A stretch of 64,000 nucleotides of DNA from NCBI GenBank assembly GCA_038142325.1, contig JAYQJW010000007.1, positions 1 through 64,000 of the forward strand, given 5' to 3'. The position numbers and the translations under genes were made by a program. Position 1 is the stretch's first letter; the number at the start of each line of letters is the position of its first letter. The notes beneath the pieces are model-generated. The model saw only the letters and a program-made list of their open reading frames with translations, was not told the DNA's origin and did no database searches. This document shows, one piece after another, positions 49,615-57,449 of this stretch. Source of the stretch: Gammaproteobacteria bacterium (lineage in GTDB: Bacteria > Pseudomonadota > Gammaproteobacteria > GCA-002705445 > GCA-002716945).

Positions 49615-50913
49615 ATGAAAATCAAAAATATCTACACTGCAGTAGTAGTCTTACTGCTGTCATTACTTAATTTTGAGATAGCTTTTGCAGCGGAAGAAAC
49701 TATTTCAAACTCCAATACTGCTTGGATTCTTACCTCCACAGCGTTAGTACTGTTTATGACGCTTCCTGGCCTTGCTTTTTTCTATGGAGGACTGGTGCGA
49801 AGCAAGAATGTTCTCTCTGTTCTAATGCAATGTTTTAGCCTAGCGTGCTTAGTTAGCATAATGTGGGTTGCATTCCTGTACAGTCTTGCATTTGGTGATG
49901 GAGGCTCATTGAATTCTTACATTGGCGGTTTAGATAATTCCTTTTTAGCAGGGTTATCCTTAGGATCAATGTCAGGAGATATTCCTGAAACAGTCTTTAT
50001 TATGTTTCAACTTACATTTGCAATCATCACGCCTGCACTTATTGTGGGAGGATTTGCTGAGAGGATGAAATTTTCATCTATGTTCGTATTTAGTTTTGTC
50101 TGGATGATATTAGTTTACGCACCAATTTGTCATATGGTATGGGGCGGAGGCTTCCTTGGTGAAATGGGGCTGATGGATTTTGCAGGTGGCACAGTAGTTC
50201 ACATTAACGCTGGTGTCGCAGCCTTAGTTTTAGCAGTCTATCTTGGTAACAGGACAGGATTTCAATCTGTACCAATGCCACCACACAACTTAAGTATGAC
50301 GGTAGCAGGTGCATCAATGCTATGGGTCGGTTGGTTCGGATTCAATGCTGGTTCTGCTCTAGCAGCTGATCAATCTGCAGGCATGGCAATGCTAGTAACT
50401 CACATTGGTGCTGCTTCAGGTTCTCTAGCTTGGATGTTCAGGGAATGGTCTAAATCTGGGAAACCTAGTGTTTTAGGGATCGTCACAGGTATGGTTGCCG
50501 GTCTAGGAACGATTACACCTGCCTCGGGATTCGTGGGCCCTATCGGCGCATTGGTTATAGGTATACTTGCAGGTTTAATCTGTTATGAAGCCACGCAATA
50601 CATTAAAAATAAAATTAGAATCGACGATTCACTAGACGTCTTTCCGGTTCATGGTGTTGGCGGTATTTTAGGCACATTACTTACTGCTGTATTTGCTTCT
50701 TCACAGTATGGTGGATTAGGTCTTGAAAATTCAATTTCTGAACAATTTATGATTCAGTTGTTTGGCGTTGTCTTCACAATTATATGGTGCACATTGTTCA
50801 CTCTTGTGGCTATTAAAGTAGCTGAAATGTTTACTGGAAACTTAAGAGTTACATCTGAAGATGAAGAAACCGGAGTTGACATATCTTCACATGGCGAATC
50901 AAGCTACAATTAA
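49615..50913 (+). CDS. amtB: Ammonium transporter
   Basis: FMTLPGLAFFYGG, FQLTFAIIT, DFAGGTVVHINAG, WFGFNAGS and DDSLDVFPVHG. Confidence 0.96.
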   Translation: MKIKNIYTAVVVLLLSLLNFEIAFAAEETISNSNTAWILTSTALVLFMTLPGLAFFYGGLVRSKNVLSVLMQCFSLACLVSIMWVAFLYSLAFGDGGSLNSYIGGLDNSFLAGLSLGSMSGDIPETVFIMFQLTFAIITPALIVGGFAERMKFSSMFVFSFVWMILVYAPICHMVWGGGFLGEMGLMDFAGGTVVHINAGVAALVLAVYLGNRTGFQSVPMPPHNLSMTVAGASMLWVGWFGFNAGSALAADQSAGMAMLVTHIGAASGSLAWMFREWSKSGKPSVLGIVTGMVAGLGTITPASGFVGPIGALVIGILAGLICYEATQYIKNKIRIDDSLDVFPVHGVGGILGTLLTAVFASSQYGGLGLENSISEQFMIQLFGVVFTIIWCTLFTLVAIKVAEMFTGNLRVTSEDEETGVDISSHGESSYN

Positions 50914-51654
50914 TCATAGTCTTACAACTTTTGTATCTAATGAGTTACCGTGTAATGAAATTACACGGTAACCATAGCTAGCATCTTTATCAATAGCAAA
51001 ATCATCAGTTTCTGATTTAAACTGATAACATGATGAAGGTGATGTGAAAAACTCAACATTGTTTATTTTATGGTGAAATTCTTGATGAACATGACCGGAA
51101 AAAATAAAAAATAAGAGATCACTTCTTTTAAGCATACACTGTATCAAGGCATTGTTATTTTCAGTTACATTCTTATCTATCCAAAGAGAGTTAATTTTAA
51201 CGAGCGGGTGATGAGTGAAAAAAATTACATTCTCTCTTATCCTCTCAACCTCACTCTTTATTTCTCTCAAGTCATTATCTTTAATACAACCCTGAACATT
51301 ATCTTGGATAGATGTATCAATGTTATGTGCTATAAAATTTGAATTCTTTATATTTATTTGATTAAGTGAAATCTGATCATCACATATACATTTCATGTTA
51401 TTTAAATCATCATGATTACCAGGAAGAAGACTTATTTGAAATTGATACTGCTTTAGAAGAGTTTTGATATTTTGGTATGACTCTCTCGAATAATCACTTG
51501 ATAGATCTCCTGTAATTACTAATCTAGCATCATTACCATGATTTCTTTTAATTTCACTAAGTGAGTGTTTCAATCTTTCATAAGGGCAACAATCGTGCTT
51601 TTCTTGGTTTATGTCTCTACTTATGTGGAGATCTGTAATTTGGATTATTTCCAT
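50914..51654 (-). CDS. CpdA-like metallophosphoesterase
   Basis: TDLH, TGDLS, PGNHD, THHP, GHVHQ and PSSCYQF. Confidence 0.85.
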   Translation of the reverse strand: MEIIQITDLHISRDINQEKHDCCPYERLKHSLSEIKRNHGNDARLVITGDLSSDYSRESYQNIKTLLKQYQFQISLLPGNHDDLNNMKCICDDQISLNQINIKNSNFIAHNIDTSIQDNVQGCIKDNDLREIKSEVERIRENVIFFTHHPLVKINSLWIDKNVTENNNALIQCMLKRSDLLFFIFSGHVHQEFHHKINNVEFFTSPSSCYQFKSETDDFAIDKDASYGYRVISLHGNSLDTKVVRL

Positions 51655-51714
51655 ACTTTTTTATATCACTAAAAGATTAAACTTTTCACAAAATATGATA
51701 TATTACGCTTCATT

Positions 51715-51960
51715 ATGAAAAAAGATATTCATCCAGATTATAAGCCTGTAATATTTCATGATGTTACATGCAATAAAAGCTTCTTGTTGTCATCTACTAT
51801 CAAAACAAATGAAACTATGAAGTATGAAGATGGTAATGAATATCCTGTATACAAAATCGAAACATCTTCAGAATCACACCCTTTCTACACCGGTAAAGGT
51901 CGTATAGAGACAAAAGAGGGACGTGTAGCTAAATTCAAGAAGAAATACTCTAAAAAATAA
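51715..51960 (+). CDS. rpmE: 50S ribosomal protein L31, type B
   Basis: MKKDIHPDY, EDGNEYP, SSESHPFYTG and GRVAKF. Confidence 0.93.
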   Translation: MKKDIHPDYKPVIFHDVTCNKSFLLSSTIKTNETMKYEDGNEYPVYKIETSSESHPFYTGKGRIETKEGRVAKFKKKYSKK

Positions 51961-51997
51961 CCCCATAAATAATAATCAATTTTTTTCAAAAAATATG

Positions 51998-52125
51998 TTG
52001 ACACATTTGTTTTCATATCATATTGTTATGGACAGAAAGTAGACAAAGTATAAATATATTAGACAAAACTTATATATTAATACTCTAATCTACTTAATTA
52101 ATTGACAAAATGCGGACAAAGGAGG
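51998..52125 (+). promoter_or_regulatory. Control region of the AlkB-like gene: sigma70 promoter, phased GACA repeats and sulfur-box
   Basis: TTGACA-17-TATTGT; GACA at 52000, 52031, 52042, 52062, 52104 and 52115; box ATATTAGACAAAACTTATAT at 52056-52075; RBS GGAGG. Confidence 0.55.
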
Positions 52126-52130
52126 CAATT

Positions 52131-53324
52131 ATGTCAACAATATTTGCAAACATTAAGTATTTGCTTGCACCATCACTAATTCTAGTAACTCTAGCAGGTG
52201 TGATTGCAGGCGGAATGCTTTCTTGGATTGGTGTTGCACTTTTAGGCGTAGGTGTCATCGTTGACACTATTCTTCGTAAGCAAGCTTCAAGCTCAATGCA
52301 CAAAGAAGACGGTTCTACTAAAGCAAGCCCAACATTCCAAAACTTGGTAATGTACATGATGTTACCTGTATTCGTACTACTACAACTTGCATTAGCATGG
52401 AGAGTATACGGATTCATGACAGGTGTACCAGTAGAAATAACAGCAACATGGTTTGGTCTAATACCTGTATATAGCGGGATTACCTCATTAGATTTAATCG
52501 GTGCAGTATTATCAACAGGTATATTTGCCGGTATAGGTATCATTTACGGACATGAGTTATCACACTGCAAAGGCTTTGCATTCATTATTTCAAGAATGAC
52601 AATGGGTCTTTCAGGTTCAGCTCATTTCTGCTATGCACACGTATACAACCATCACCTAGAACTTGCTAGTGAAGATGATCCTGCAACTGCACCACGCGGT
52701 CGTACAATTTATGGTCACTACTTACTATCATACCTAGGACAATCAAAATTCGTGTTTAACATGGAAAAAGAAAGACTTTCTAGAATGGGAGTACCTTTCA
52801 TTTCATGGCAAAACCGTTGGATTCGTGGTTATATGATGTCAGTACCTTCAGCTGTATTATTCTTTATGGCTGGTGGCTGGATTGGTATCGCAGCACTTGC
52901 TACAGTGTGGGTAATTTCAAACTTTGAATTAGAAGCTTTGAACTATCTTGAGCACTATGGCTTAATTCGTGTGAAAGACCAACCAATTGACTATCGTCAT
53001 AACTGGGACAACAACACATTGTTCACAAGCTGGTTCTTCATCGAAATCGGTCGTCAAGCTGACCACCATGATCGTGGAGAAACACATTTCTGGGAACTTG
53101 AAAACGTAGGCGCACCTAACACAGGTTGGGGCTACTTTACAATTTTCGCGCTAGCACTAGTACCACCACTATGGCACTGGTATATGCGTAAAAGATTAGC
53201 TACTTGGGATGAAAAATTCGCAACAGCTGAAGAAAAAGGTATCGCTAACAGAATCAACAAAGAAGTTGGTTATGAAGGTACTTCATTCAAAGGCGACGAG
53301 CTATCTTTCCCTGTAGAAAACTAA
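52131..53324 (+). CDS. AlkB-family membrane di-iron monooxygenase (substrate unknown)
   Basis: His boxes HELSH, HVYNHH, NYLEHYGL and QADHH; EDDPATAPRG; multiple TM helices. Confidence 0.88.
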   Translation: MSTIFANIKYLLAPSLILVTLAGVIAGGMLSWIGVALLGVGVIVDTILRKQASSSMHKEDGSTKASPTFQNLVMYMMLPVFVLLQLALAWRVYGFMTGVPVEITATWFGLIPVYSGITSLDLIGAVLSTGIFAGIGIIYGHELSHCKGFAFIISRMTMGLSGSAHFCYAHVYNHHLELASEDDPATAPRGRTIYGHYLLSYLGQSKFVFNMEKERLSRMGVPFISWQNRWIRGYMMSVPSAVLFFMAGGWIGIAALATVWVISNFELEALNYLEHYGLIRVKDQPIDYRHNWDNNTLFTSWFFIEIGRQADHHDRGETHFWELENVGAPNTGWGYFTIFALALVPPLWHWYMRKRLATWDEKFATAEEKGIANRINKEVGYEGTSFKGDELSFPVEN

Positions 53325-53335
53325 TATAGGAAATA

Positions 53336-53849
53336 TCAAGAATCAAAAGGACTTGATGCACCCCTCTTTTGAGGGGGTGTTTTTTTGTCTTCATTCTCTG
53401 GCATATACCTTAAGCCTATGCCAATAAGCGCAGCTTTTAATATTTCAATAGCATCTCTCTTATTAATATCATCAATACTAAATAGCTTAATAGTGGAAGC
53501 AGATTGTTTTTTCATTTCCATCAACCTCTAGTTTACAGCTACTACATTTATACTTAAGCCCAATATTAGTAAGTGTCTTGACGATTATTAAATTACTTAG
53601 AGAGCCTTTAATATTTTTGGGCAAACTTATCTCGATATAACCATTTTTATTGGATACATTGTATGGCTCTATTTTTACCTTACTATTACAAAGAATAGAT
53701 CTAAGCTCGTTGACGATTACCACATTAGGTATTCTTAAAAACTCTTTGTTCTCTTTGTAGAAATATACTTTTACTGAGCCTGAATAGGCTGCAATTTTGG
53801 CAGAACTCGATGGATTATCAAGCTCAGCTGCGGTTTCATGATTTCTCAT
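53336..53849 (-). CDS. Hypothetical protein under tandem SAM riboswitch control (one gene frameshifted near 53510, or two overlapping ORFs)
   Basis: ATG 53849 after SD GAGGAG; internal repeat LTNIGLKY / LIGIGLRY across the two frames. Confidence 0.55.
53358..53386 (+). terminator. Intrinsic terminator of the AlkB-like gene
   Basis: GCACCCCTC-TTTT-GAGGGGGTGT followed by a T-run. Confidence 0.8.
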
Positions 53850-53855
53850 TTTTAT

Positions 53856-53914
53856 CTCCTCTTTAGTGTTTTTACTGATCAGTATTGGCACACAATCTAG
53901 AGTTCAAATGCCAA
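53856..53914 (-). ncRNA. SAM-V riboswitch (translational)
   Basis: Minus strand UUGGCAUUUGAACUCUAGAUUGUGUGCCAA-UACUGAUCAGUA-AAAACACUAAAGAGGAG. P1 is UUGGCA/UGCCAA; conserved AUUUGAAC, UUGU and ACUAAA; loop CUCU can pair with the AGAG of the SD. Confidence 0.8.
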
Positions 53915-53946
53915 AAAAAAACCATCACGCTAAAGCAAGTGATGGT
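53913..53946 (-). terminator. Intrinsic terminator between the SAM-II and SAM-V aptamers
   Basis: ACCAUCAC-UUGCUUUAGC-GUGAUGGU followed by a U-run. Confidence 0.85.
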
Positions 53947-53951
53947 ATCTG

Positions 53952-54000
53952 ATCGCTTTAGCTCTTTTACGCCTGCAAGCTGAAATTCAAATTAGGCGTG
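53952..54000 (-). ncRNA. SAM-II riboswitch (transcriptional)
   Basis: Minus strand CACGCCUAAUUUGAAUUUCAGCUUGCAGGCGUAAAAGAGCUAAAGCGA. P1 is ACGCCU/AGGCGU; AUUUGA, UUGC and GCUAAA pseudoknot elements are present. Confidence 0.8.
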
Positions 54001-54005
54001 TCATG

Positions 54006-54034
54006 ATTAAAACATTACTATTATTTACTGTCAA
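54006..54034 (-). promoter_or_regulatory. Sigma70 promoter for the riboswitch leader
   Basis: Minus strand TTGACA-17-TTTAAT with extended TG; predicted start falls at the SAM-II 5' end. Confidence 0.7.
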
Positions 54035-54815
54035 CTTTTTTATTAAATGGATGATACAAATTATCAATTAATTTTAGCTCTAAATTTCTATTTTCCACAC
54101 CCATTACTTCTCTATCATCATCAGAAGCATCTACATATGATCTAAAGATAAAATCCCACACAGTAAAGATACTTGCATAGTTAGCTTCTCTAGATGCTGT
54201 AGCTTTAGTATGATGATTTGTATGATATTTTGGCGTTACTATAATTCTTGATAATGTTTTATCAAGTGTTTCTGTAAGCTTGATATTGCTGTGATGAAAT
54301 TGAATTGATAGAACTAAAATAATCTCATAAAACAAAAATTCTGCGAGTGTAATTCCGAAAATAAATATAACAGCAGCTTTGTAAACAGTCGACATGATAA
54401 GTTCACCTATATGAAACCTAACAGATGTGCCAACATCCATGTGCGTATCAACATGATGAACGAAGTGGAATTTCCATAGGAATGAATTAGTATGATTAAA
54501 TCTATGCCACCAATACATTGCAATATCTAGAACTAGAAAACTCAAAACAAACTTCAAAATATCAAGATCAGTAATAGAATTTAATATACCGTAATGATTT
54601 TCTGTAACCATAAGTAAGGTAGGCATGAGTATAAATATAATCGGCAAACGCATTATTATGGTATTTATAAATCCGATTATTGAGTGAAAAATCAATCTTT
54701 TGTATCTAGGAGTCTCCCAATTCCTATTCGAAAAAAATGTTTCAAGTATAAAAAATAAAATAAACCCTAGAATAAAAAATGAAAATTTTAATGTAGTTAA
54801 AGTCTCTATTGTCAT
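54021..54815 (-). CDS. Sterol desaturase/fatty acid hydroxylase family protein
   Basis: YWWHRFNH, FHFVHH, FHHSN, HTNHH and NYASIFTVWD. Confidence 0.88.
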   Translation of the reverse strand: MTIETLTTLKFSFFILGFILFFILETFFSNRNWETPRYKRLIFHSIIGFINTIIMRLPIIFILMPTLLMVTENHYGILNSITDLDILKFVLSFLVLDIAMYWWHRFNHTNSFLWKFHFVHHVDTHMDVGTSVRFHIGELIMSTVYKAAVIFIFGITLAEFLFYEIILVLSIQFHHSNIKLTETLDKTLSRIIVTPKYHTNHHTKATASREANYASIFTVWDFIFRSYVDASDDDREVMGVENRNLELKLIDNLYHPFNKKVDSK

Positions 54816-54860
54816 AATTCATTATACCATTTACTTTGAAATTACTGATATACTATCACG

Positions 54861-55626
54861 ATGACAGATTCAGATAGACATAGACTAAGCCTAATCATTG
54901 CAACTCTTGGCCCATCTACGGACAATGAAAAAGAGCTAATTACCATGCTCATGGCTGGTATAGCAAGGCAATGGACAGACGGAGTCGACATTGCAAGAGT
55001 GCTACACAGTGACGGGCATGACATCGCTAAAGAGAGAATTGATACCTTTTAGGGAACAATCTAAAAAAAGAAACTTATCAACTTCTATCTATCTTGATAC
55101 AGATGGCTCAGACATTGATGAATACTTATCTTTTACAAATGAGGTAGTACCGGAAATAGTTACATTTGATAAATCTAATGGTTTAGATTTTTTCAAAGGC
55201 ATTAAAGATAAAGTTAATAATCAATCAAAAGTATGTGTAATATTTAAATTAGGTGAAATTACAGATGATTTAGATGATTATTATAAAGAGTGCGACTATG
55301 CGATGATAGAGCTTGATTCAAAGATTATAGTTGATGAGAAAATTGTTCAAAGAGCTAAAGAGAATAATTGTGAACCTATTTATCTTGCCTTAATGCCAAC
55401 TTTAATGTCTGGTCAAGTTCAATCAAGAGAAGAAAATTTTGAGATAGGCCATACGCTTGAAGAAGGTTTTGATTTAGTGGCGCTCTACCAAGAAACAGCA
55501 CATGGACCCTATCCAGCAAGATCAGTCAAATGTATTGATGAAATAAGCGTTGAATCTGAGAAGTTAAGAGTTAATCCGTTTCAGGATTTAGTTGATAAGT
55601 TTTTATCTTTTTTCAAAAAAAAATAA
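54861..55626 (+). CDS. Degenerate pyruvate-kinase-barrel protein; frameshift near 55047
   Basis: IIATLGPST, GVDIARV and DLVALYQETAHGPYP; no B or C domain, catalytic motifs altered. Confidence 0.6.
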
Positions 55627-55964
55627 TTATCCTGGTGGCCAACCTAATGTCCTTTGAGCTAGAATGTGTATGTGCAGATGAAACACTGTCTGACCAGCTT
55701 CGCTACCGTTATTTATAACAAGTCTGTAATCTTTAATTTTTAGATTATCCATTTCTCTCTTTATAGTCATCAACAAGTGACCAATTATTTCTGAATCTGA
55801 CTCTGTTAAATCTGAGACACCTTTGATTTCTTTTTTGGGATTGCAAGATAGTGAATGGGAGCTTGAGGACTTATATCTTCTATTATTATTGATTTATCAT
55901 CTTCAAAAATTATATTAGCAGGAATTTCCCTATTTATTATTTGAGTAAATATAGATTCGGTCAT
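55627..55964 (-). CDS. hinT: HIT family nucleotide-binding protein; frameshift in the A-run near 55835
   Basis: Manual translation: [16 protein letters not shown]...[15 protein letters not shown] / ...[18 protein letters not shown]...GWPPG. Confidence 0.88.
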
Positions 55965-56200
55965 TATTTTGGTGGCTGATATGGGTTTTGCATGAATTGC
56001 GTTTTATACTTTTCAAGTTCAGTATGAGGCATAGGTCCACTCTCATCCTCATCATTCTTTTGAGATTCATCCTTCTCAATTAGTTTTTTTAAAAGCATAT
56101 TATTTTCATTTTGAATTTTGATTAATTTTCTCATAAAGACTAATCCATTAATCAAAGTCAGGATAACCATAATGAACAATAGTAAAGCAACTAACTTCAT
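55964..56200 (-). CDS. Small single-TM hypothetical protein
   Basis: Hydrophobic N-terminus; overlaps both neighbours. Confidence 0.6.
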   Translation of the reverse strand: MKLVALLLFIMVILTLINGLVFMRKLIKIQNENNMLLKKLIEKDESQKNDEDESGPMPHTELEKYKTQFMQNPYQPPK

Positions 56201-56667
56201 TGATACTCCCTCAGTTTCTCTATCACTTCATCGACATGGCCTTTAACTTTTACATTTCTCCATGCATGTAAGATTTTTCCATCTTGAGAGATTATAAAAG
56301 TTGACCTATCAACCCCCATATATTTTCTTCCATAAAGACTCTTTTCTTTAATCACATCAAAACTCTTACAAAGTTTTTCCTCAGGATCTGATATCAATGG
56401 GAATTTGAAGCCATGCTTTTCTATGAATTTTTCATGGAGACTCATTTTATCTCTTGAAACACCAACTATGTTTGCTCCCAATTTTTTTATTTTAGCTAAA
56501 TTTGTATTGAACTCTATACTTTCCGTAGTACATCCAGGGGTCATATCTTTAGGGTAAAAGTACAAAATAAGTTTTTTATCAAGAAAGTCATGTAGTTTAT
56601 TTTTTTTTGAATCTGTACATTCGATATTTATGTCTCTTGTTTTAGTGTTTACTTTACCATCTGCCAT
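56197..56667 (-). CDS. bcp: BCP-type peroxiredoxin
   Basis: YFYPKDMTPGCTTE, GVSRD and RSTFII. Confidence 0.9.
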   Translation of the reverse strand: MADGKVNTKTRDINIECTDSKKNKLHDFLDKKLILYFYPKDMTPGCTTESIEFNTNLAKIKKLGANIVGVSRDKMSLHEKFIEKHGFKFPLISDPEEKLCKSFDVIKEKSLYGRKYMGVDRSTFIISQDGKILHAWRNVKVKGHVDEVIEKLREYQ

Positions 56668-56675
56668 TATTGCTC

Positions 56676-56840
56676 CTATTTAATTTTTCTCGCATTATCA
56701 ACTAGCATGATTGGTATACCATCCTTTATGGGGTATGCTAGTTTCGATTCCTCACAAATCAGTTCATTGTTAGATTTATCTAACTTTAATTTTCCCCCTG
56801 ATTTAGGACATACAAGAATATCTAAAAGATTATCATCCAT
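56676..56840 (-). CDS. Trm112/YcaR family protein
   Basis: LLDILVCP...[13 protein letters not shown]. Confidence 0.9.
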   Translation of the reverse strand: MDDNLLDILVCPKSGGKLKLDKSNNELICEESKLAYPIKDGIPIMLVDNARKIK

Positions 56841-56911
56841 ACAACCAAAATATATTTCATATAAAGTAAAATTCAAGTGAAATGATAAATTTAATATGAC
56901 ATAATGATTGC

Positions 56912-57403
56912 GTGAGAATTTTAGCTATACTTCTTCTGTCTATTTCAATACCAACATGGGCTTTCATGAGTGGCATCGATCCTAATCGTGATACACAAGG
57001 TGAAATTGAAATAATTGGTGCAACAATACCTTTAGCGCCACCCAATGCATCAGTTAACGCAGGCTATGTTAAATTTACAAATACATCAGACAGAGATGTT
57101 GAATTTCATAGCTTTACAAGTCCAGTTTATGACAGCGTAGAAATGCATGTTATGGAATACAAATCTGGAACAGCTAAAATGAAGCAAGCGAAGAAAATTC
57201 TAATACCTGCTAAAGACAGTATTGAGCTTAAACCCGGTGGAACACACTTAATGTTAATCGGCCCAAGAAGAGATGTTAAAGCAGGAGAACAAATTCTCAT
57301 GATTGCTCAAGATGCTCTTGAAAGACGATTCATGCTTAAGTTCAACGTCGTAGACTTCAGAGACATAAAAGCAGAAGCTGATCACAACCATCACAGCCAT
57401 TAA
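56912..57403 (+). CDS. PCuAC-family copper chaperone
   Basis: Signal peptide, NAGYV, VEMH...[13 protein letters not shown] and His-rich tail. Confidence 0.88.
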   Translation: MRILAILLLSISIPTWAFMSGIDPNRDTQGEIEIIGATIPLAPPNASVNAGYVKFTNTSDRDVEFHSFTSPVYDSVEMHVMEYKSGTAKMKQAKKILIPAKDSIELKPGGTHLMLIGPRRDVKAGEQILMIAQDALERRFMLKFNVVDFRDIKAEADHNHHSH

Positions 57404-57449
57404 TCTCACCTAGACTTGTTTTTCATACAATCAACCATACATTCCCAGT

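Noticed and set aside
2867-55964. About 20 frameshifts (pyrC, ppc, dsrH, dsrP, proB, hinT, TonB receptor, MerC, autotransporter and others) as pseudogenisation or programmed frameshifting
   Set aside because: They are isolated single-base indels, often at short homopolymers, in otherwise well-conserved core genes. This fits uncorrected long-read error better, and no shared slippery motif is visible.
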